A DNA stretch of 64,000 bases from assembly GCF_003018255.1 (NCBI RefSeq), contig NZ_CP027440.1, one strand, 5' to 3'. A program made the translations under genes and the position numbers. Under the pieces are notes generated by a model. It did not search any database. It worked only from the letters and a program-made list of their open reading frames with translations, and was not told the DNA's origin. This document shows positions 59,075 to 64,000 of the stretch, in pieces. Every line of letters starts with the position of its first letter. The first letter of the stretch is position 1. Source of the DNA: Escherichia coli (GTDB taxonomy: Bacteria; Pseudomonadota; Gammaproteobacteria; Enterobacterales; Enterobacteriaceae).

Positions 59075-60012
59075 TGGTGATGATGTGAATGGCCAGACAC
59101 CCCTTCATTCAGGTGGCAGTCTGGCCCATGACAAGGTTGATATTCCATCTGAATAGTGGCGTGCTCAATCTGATAGTGATCCATCAGGTAGTGTTGGATC
59201 TGATCTAACAAGGCATCGTGATCGTGTGGCGGGATCACCTGCACATGCAGCGTCATCACCGGCTTCTCGCCTACCATCCATACATGCACATGGTGCACAT
59301 TGCGGACTTCCGGGATTTCCCGGCACATACGACGCTTCAGTTCGGCGATATCCAGCGATACCGGTGCACCTTCAAGTAATTCATTCACGCTATCTTTCAA
59401 CAGTCGCCACGCGCTACGCAGAACCAGAAGCGACACCAGTATTGAGAGAATGGGGTCAGCAGGTGTCCAGCCGGTCCAGATAATAATCAACGCGGCAATA
59501 ATAGCCCCAACCGAACCCAGCAGGTCCCCGAGCACATGCAGTGCCGCTGCTCGCACGTTGAGGTTTTTCTCTTCGCTGCCGTGATGAAGTAACCAGAAAG
59601 AAAGTATATTTGCCAGCAGCCCAGCCACGGCAATTGCCATCATCATGCCGCCCTCGACCGGACGCGGAGTGCGGAAGCGTTCTATCGCCTCCCAGACAAT
59701 CAAAATAGTAATCACCACCAGGGCGATGGCATTCACAAACGCCGCGAGCGTGGTCAATCTTAGCCAACCGAAAGTGTGGCGAATGGTGGGAGGACGACGG
59801 GAAAATTGCACTGCGAGTAGGGCGAAAAGCAGGGCGGCAGTATCGGTCAACATATGACCCGCATCGGCCAGCAATGCCAGAGAACCGGAAAGAAAACCAC
59901 CAATGACTTCTACGAGCATAAACCCGGCAGTCACGCCGAAAGCATACAACAAGCGACGAGCATTATTATCTTCTGGCAGGTGTGAGGAAGTGTGTGAGTG
60001 TGAGTGCGCCAT
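59071..60012 (-). CDS. zitB: Zinc efflux transporter, cation diffusion facilitator family (313 aa)
   Basis: His-rich N-terminus [11 protein letters not shown] and C-terminus SGHSHHHH; CDF membrane core; convergent overlap with pnuC. Confidence 0.95.
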   Translation of the reverse strand: MAHSHSHTSSHLPEDNNARRLLYAFGVTAGFMLVEVIGGFLSGSLALLADAGHMLTDTAALLFALLAVQFSRRPPTIRHTFGWLRLTTLAAFVNAIALVVITILIVWEAIERFRTPRPVEGGMMMAIAVAGLLANILSFWLLHHGSEEKNLNVRAAALHVLGDLLGSVGAIIAALIIIWTGWTPADPILSILVSLLVLRSAWRLLKDSVNELLEGAPVSLDIAELKRRMCREIPEVRNVHHVHVWMVGEKPVMTLHVQVIPPHDHDALLDQIQHYLMDHYQIEHATIQMEYQPCHGPDCHLNEGVSGHSHHHH

Positions 60013-60126
60013 GACGAGTCATCCCTTAATTATTCTCACTTAACTTTATGACATCATACTGCTTTTAGAAGGGAAAAATTAAAAGGGAGAGACTCCGCTC
60101 TCCCATTATTGGCTATTTTCGCAGGG

Positions 60127-60507
60127 TTACTGCGTGGTACCGTCGGTTTTGGTATCGACATCATTGTTGATGCCATCACCGGTTTGGACTTTTTTATTGA
60201 TATCCGGGCAGCGACCATCTTTGCACATGGTGTTCTTGTGCTCTTCATCTTTGGTCATGCCGTCATTGTTCATTGAAGAACCATCCGGATGCAGCATTGT
60301 GCCGCCAGAACCGGTATTTACCCCGTTATTGTCGACGTTATTTGGCGCGACATTTTCACGGGCATCAGGGGCTACCTGGCCCGCATCAGCTGCGGCGTTT
60401 GCCTGGCCGTTATTGCTTTGCGCTCCGCTATCGGCAGCCAGTGCGGCACCGCTGGCAAGGCTTAGAGTGGCAGTCAAAAATAGTGTGGCCAGTTTTGTCA
60501 TTTTCAT
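60127..60507 (-). CDS. ybgS: Secreted Gly/Asn/Asp-rich small protein YbgS (126 aa)
   Basis: [24 protein letters not shown] signal peptide followed by a low-complexity N/G/D-rich region. Confidence 0.88.
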   Translation of the reverse strand: MKMTKLATLFLTATLSLASGAALAADSGAQSNNGQANAAADAGQVAPDARENVAPNNVDNNGVNTGSGGTMLHPDGSSMNNDGMTKDEEHKNTMCKDGRCPDINKKVQTGDGINNDVDTKTDGTTQ

Positions 60508-60822
60508 AGGATGCTCCTGTTATGGTCGTTATGTCGGATAACCTCTTCCAACAGTGCATTTGCAGGTGAATATAAGGCAATGGTTTAAGATTTCAGCCAG
60601 GCAAAGATACCCAGCAGAGAATCTTGAAATAATTAACAAACAAAGGAGTTACAGTTAGAAATTGTAGGAGAGATCTCGTTTTTCGCGACAATCTGGCGAT
60701 TTTCTTGCTAATTCCAGGATTAATCCGTTCATAGTGTAAAACCCCGTTTACACATTCTGACGGAAGATATAGATTGGAAGTATTGCATTCACTAAGATAA
60801 GTATGGCAACACTGGAACAGAC

Positions 60823-61875
60823 ATGAATTATCAGAACGACGATTTACGCATCAAAGAAATCAAAGAGTTACTTCCTCCAGTCGCATTGCTGGAAAAATTC
60901 CCCGCTACTGAAAATGCCGCGAATACGGTCGCCCATGCCCGAAAAGCGATCCATAAGATCCTGAAAGGTAATGATGATCGCCTGTTGGTGGTGATTGGTC
61001 CGTGCTCAATTCATGATCCTGTCGCGGCGAAAGAGTATGCCACTCGCTTGCTGACGCTGCGTGAAGAGCTGCAAGATGAGCTGGAAATCGTGATGCGCGT
61101 CTATTTTGAAAAGCCGCGTACCACGGTGGGCTGGAAAGGGCTGATTAACGATCCGCATATGGATAACAGCTTCCAGATCAACGACGGTCTGCGTATTGCC
61201 CGTAAATTGCTGCTTGATATTAACGACAGCGGTCTGCCAGCGGCGGGTGAATTCCTGGATATGATCACCCCACAATATCTCGCTGACCTGATGAGCTGGG
61301 GCGCAATTGGCGCACGTACCACCGAATCGCAGGTGCACCGCGAACTGGCATCAGGGCTTTCTTGTCCGGTCGGCTTCAAAAATGGCACCGACGGTACGAT
61401 TAAAGTGGCTATCGATGCCATTAATGCCGCCGGTGCGCCGCACTGCTTCCTGTCCGTAACGAAATGGGGGCATTCGGCGATTGTGAATACCAGCGGTAAC
61501 GGCGATTGCCATATCATTCTGCGCGGCGGTAAAGAGCCTAACTACAGCGCGAAGCACGTTGCTGAAGTGAAAGAAGGGCTGAACAAAGCAGGCCTGCCAG
61601 CACAGGTGATGATCGATTTCAGCCATGCTAACTCGTCAAAACAATTCAAAAAGCAGATGGATGTTTGTGCTGACGTTTGCCAGCAGATTGCCGGTGGCGA
61701 AAAGGCTATTATTGGCGTGATGGTGGAAAGCCATCTGGTGGAAGGCAATCAGAGCCTCGAGAGTGGGGAACCGCTGGCCTATGGTAAGAGCATCACCGAT
61801 GCCTGCATTGGCTGGGATGATACCGATGCTCTGTTACGTCAACTGGCGAATGCAGTAAAAGCGCGTCGCGGGTAA
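60823..61875 (+). CDS. aroG: Phe-sensitive 3-deoxy-7-phosphoheptulonate (DAHP) synthase (350 aa)
   Basis: MNYQNDDLRIKEIKELLPPVALLEKFPATENAANTVAHARKAIHKILKGNDDRLLVVIGPCSIHDP... Confidence 0.97.
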   Translation: MNYQNDDLRIKEIKELLPPVALLEKFPATENAANTVAHARKAIHKILKGNDDRLLVVIGPCSIHDPVAAKEYATRLLTLREELQDELEIVMRVYFEKPRTTVGWKGLINDPHMDNSFQINDGLRIARKLLLDINDSGLPAAGEFLDMITPQYLADLMSWGAIGARTTESQVHRELASGLSCPVGFKNGTDGTIKVAIDAINAAGAPHCFLSVTKWGHSAIVNTSGNGDCHIILRGGKEPNYSAKHVAEVKEGLNKAGLPAQVMIDFSHANSSKQFKKQMDVCADVCQQIAGGEKAIIGVMVESHLVEGNQSLESGEPLAYGKSITDACIGWDDTDALLRQLANAVKARRG

Positions 61876-61907
61876 TTTATAGTCGAATCGCCATGACTGT
61901 ACGTTTG

Positions 61908-61945
61908 CAGCCCTGATAAGACGCGCAGCGTAGCATCAGGCAATG
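61908..61945. repeat. REP palindromic element downstream of aroG
   Basis: GCCCTGATAAGACGCGCAGCGTAGCATCAGGC palindrome. Confidence 0.7.
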
Positions 61946-61970
61946 TGCTCCATTGTTAGCAACGACAAAC

Positions 61971-62004
61971 AAAAAAGCCGACTCACTTGCAGTCGGCTTT
62001 CTCA
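61971..62004. terminator. Bidirectional intrinsic terminator between convergent aroG and gpmA
   Basis: AAAAAAGCCGACTCACTTGCAGTCGGCTTTCTCATTTTT hairpin flanked by A and T runs. Confidence 0.75.
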
Positions 62005-62022
62005 TTTTTAAGCGAATGACGT

Positions 62023-62775
62023 TTACTTCGCTTTACCCTGGTTCGCAACGGCCGCTGCTTTCGCCGCGATCTCGTCAGCATTACCCAGATAATAGCGTTT
62101 CAACGGTTTGAAATTCTCGTCGAACTCATACACCAGTGGCACACCAGTCGGGATATTCAGCTCAAGAATCTCTTCTTCGCTCATGTTATCAAGATATTTC
62201 ACCAGCGCACGTAACGAGTTACCGTGTGCAGCGATGATTACGCGCTCACCGCTCTTCATACGCGGCAGAATGGTTTCATTCCAGTAAGGGATCACGCGGT
62301 CAATGGTCAGCGCCAGGCTTTCCGTCAGTGGCAGTTCTTTCTCGCTCAGCTTCGCGTAACGTGGATCGTGACCCGGATAACGCTCATCATCTTTAGTCAG
62401 TTCCGGCGGAGTCACTGCAAAACCACGACGCCACTGTTTCACCTGCTCGTCGCCATACTTTTCAGCGGTTTCTGCTTTGTTCAGACCCTGCAACGCACCG
62501 TAGTGACGTTCGTTCAGTTTCCAGGATTTCTCAACGGGCAGCCATGCCTGATCCAGTTCGTCCAGCACATTCCACAGGGTATGGATAGCGCGTTTCAGCA
62601 CAGAGGTGTAAGCAAAGTCAAAGCTGTAACCTTCCTCTTTCAGCAGCTTACCTGCTGCTTTTGCTTCGCTTACGCCTTTCTCAGACAGATCCACGTCGTA
62701 CCAACCGGTGAAACGGTTTTCTTTGTTCCACTGACTTTCGCCATGACGAACCAGAACCAGCTTAGTTACAGCCAT
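62023..62775 (-). CDS. gpmA: 2,3-bisphosphoglycerate-dependent phosphoglycerate mutase (250 aa)
   Basis: [46 protein letters not shown]... with RHG catalytic motif; start inside the longer ORF. Confidence 0.97.
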
Positions 62776-62977
62776 ATACTTACTCCTCAAATCATCTTTT
62801 AATGATAATAATTCTCATTATATTGCCGTGACGAAGCAACAGCAATGCTTACGCATAACCATAGCGAAAATAGTGTCGCAGTGTAAGGTTGTTGTGAATA
62901 TTGAGTTGCAAATATGTCGGTGTTTGCTGGTGATTTGAACAATATGAAGATAAAGCCCTCATGACGAGGGCTTAACA

Positions 62978-64000
62978 TTACTGAGCAATAAACTGATATT
63001 CCGTCAGGCTGGAATACTCTTCGCCAGGACGCAGGAAACAGTCCGGTTGCGGCCATTCAGGGTGGTTCGGGCTGTCCGGCAGAAACTCGCTTTCCAACGC
63101 CAGCCCTTGCCAGTCGGTGTAAGGTTCGGTTCCCCGCGACGGTGTGCCGCCGAGGTAGTTGCCGGAGTAGAATTGCAGAGCCGGAGCGGTGGTGTAGACC
63201 TTCAGCTGCAATTTTTCATCTGCTGACCAGACATGCGCCGCCACTTTCTTGCCATCGCCTTTGGCCTGTAACAAGAACGCGTGATCGTAACCTTTCACTT
63301 TGCGCTGATCGTCGTCGGCAAGAAACTCACTGGCGATGATTTTGGCGCTGCGGAAATCAAAAGACGTTCCGGCGACAGATTTCAGGCCGTCGTGGGGAAT
63401 GCCGCCTTCATCAACCGGCAGATATTCGTCCGCCAGAATCTGCAACTTGTGATTGCGCACGTCAGACTGCTCGCCGTCAAGATTGAAATAGACGTGATTA
63501 GTCATATTCACCGGGCAAGGTTTATCAACTGTGGCGCGATAAGTAATAGAGATACGGTTATCGTCGGTCAGACGATATTGTACCGTCGCTCCGAGATTAC
63601 CCGGGAAGCCCTGATCGCCATCATCTGAACTCAGGGCAAACAGCACCTGACGATCGTTCTGGTTCACAATCTGCCAGCGACGTTTGTCGAACCCTTCCGG
63701 GCCGCCGTGCAGCTGGTTAACGCCCTGACTTGGTGAAAGCGTCACGGTTTCACCGTCAAAGGTATAACGGCTATTGGCGATACGGTTGGCATAACGACCA
63801 ATAGAGGCCCCCAGAAATGCGGCCTGATCCTGATAGCATTCCGGGCTGGCACAGCCGAGCAGCGCCTCGCGGACGCTGCCATCGGAAAACGGAATACGGG
63901 CGGAAAGTAAAGTCGCACCCCAGTCCATCAGCGTGACTACCATCCCTGCGTTGTTACGCAAAGTTAACAGTCGGTACGGCTGACCATCGGGTGCCAGTGC
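62978..64000 (-). CDS. galM: Aldose 1-epimerase (galactose mutarotase), C-terminal part; N-terminus lies beyond window end
   Basis: ...RNNAGMVVTLMDWGATLLSARIPFSDGSVREALLGCASPECYQDQAAFLGASIGRYANRI...; reading frame still open at the window edge. Confidence 0.93.
   Translation of the reverse strand, partial: ALAPDGQPYRLLTLRNNAGMVVTLMDWGATLLSARIPFSDGSVREALLGCASPECYQDQAAFLGASIGRYANRIANSRYTFDGETVTLSPSQGVNQLHGGPEGFDKRRWQIVNQNDRQVLFALSSDDGDQGFPGNLGATVQYRLTDDNRISITYRATVDKPCPVNMTNHVYFNLDGEQSDVRNHKLQILADEYLPVDEGGIPHDGLKSVAGTSFDFRSAKIIASEFLADDDQRKVKGYDHAFLLQAKGDGKKVAAHVWSADEKLQLKVYTTAPALQFYSGNYLGGTPSRGTEPYTDWQGLALESEFLPDSPNHPEWPQPDCFLRPGEEYSSLTEYQFIAQ

Overview
This window reads as an Escherichia coli-type chromosomal segment with the conserved gene order kdpFAB, ybfA, rhsC, ybgA-phr, dtpD, ybgI-pxpBCA, nei, abrB, ybgOPQD fimbrial operon, gltA, sdhCDAB-sucABCD, mngR-mngAB, cydABX-ybgE, ybgC-tolQRAB-pal-cpoB, a seven-gene tRNA-Lys/Val array, nadA-pnuC, zitB, ybgS, aroG, gpmA and galM. 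Gene identities come from my reading of the translated ORFs against protein families I recognise; no database search was run. Two places depart from the K-12 layout as I recall it. (1) About 6.2 kb lies between mngB and cydA (roughly 39.7-45.9 kb) that K-12 lacks: an orphan RtcB-family RNA ligase paralog, a decayed glutamate mutase operon (glmS and glmL intact, glmE cut to 189 codons, no methylaspartate ammonia-lyase), and a low-GC two-gene module of unknown function. That two-gene module is the best candidate here for something undescribed, but I could not assign it a function. (2) The rhsC element is reduced: the Rhs core ORF stops just before the DPxGL boundary where it is fused to an internally deleted H-repeat (ISAs1-like) remnant, with no toxin tip or immunity genes. 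Smaller features include REP clusters, tRNA-Lys 3-prime fragment repeats with a 156-bp tandem duplication after the last tRNA, the sdhX 3-prime-UTR sRNA region, and the micro-ORFs kdpF and cydX, which the ORF track does not list as separate genes. No CRISPR array, integrase or prophage was found.
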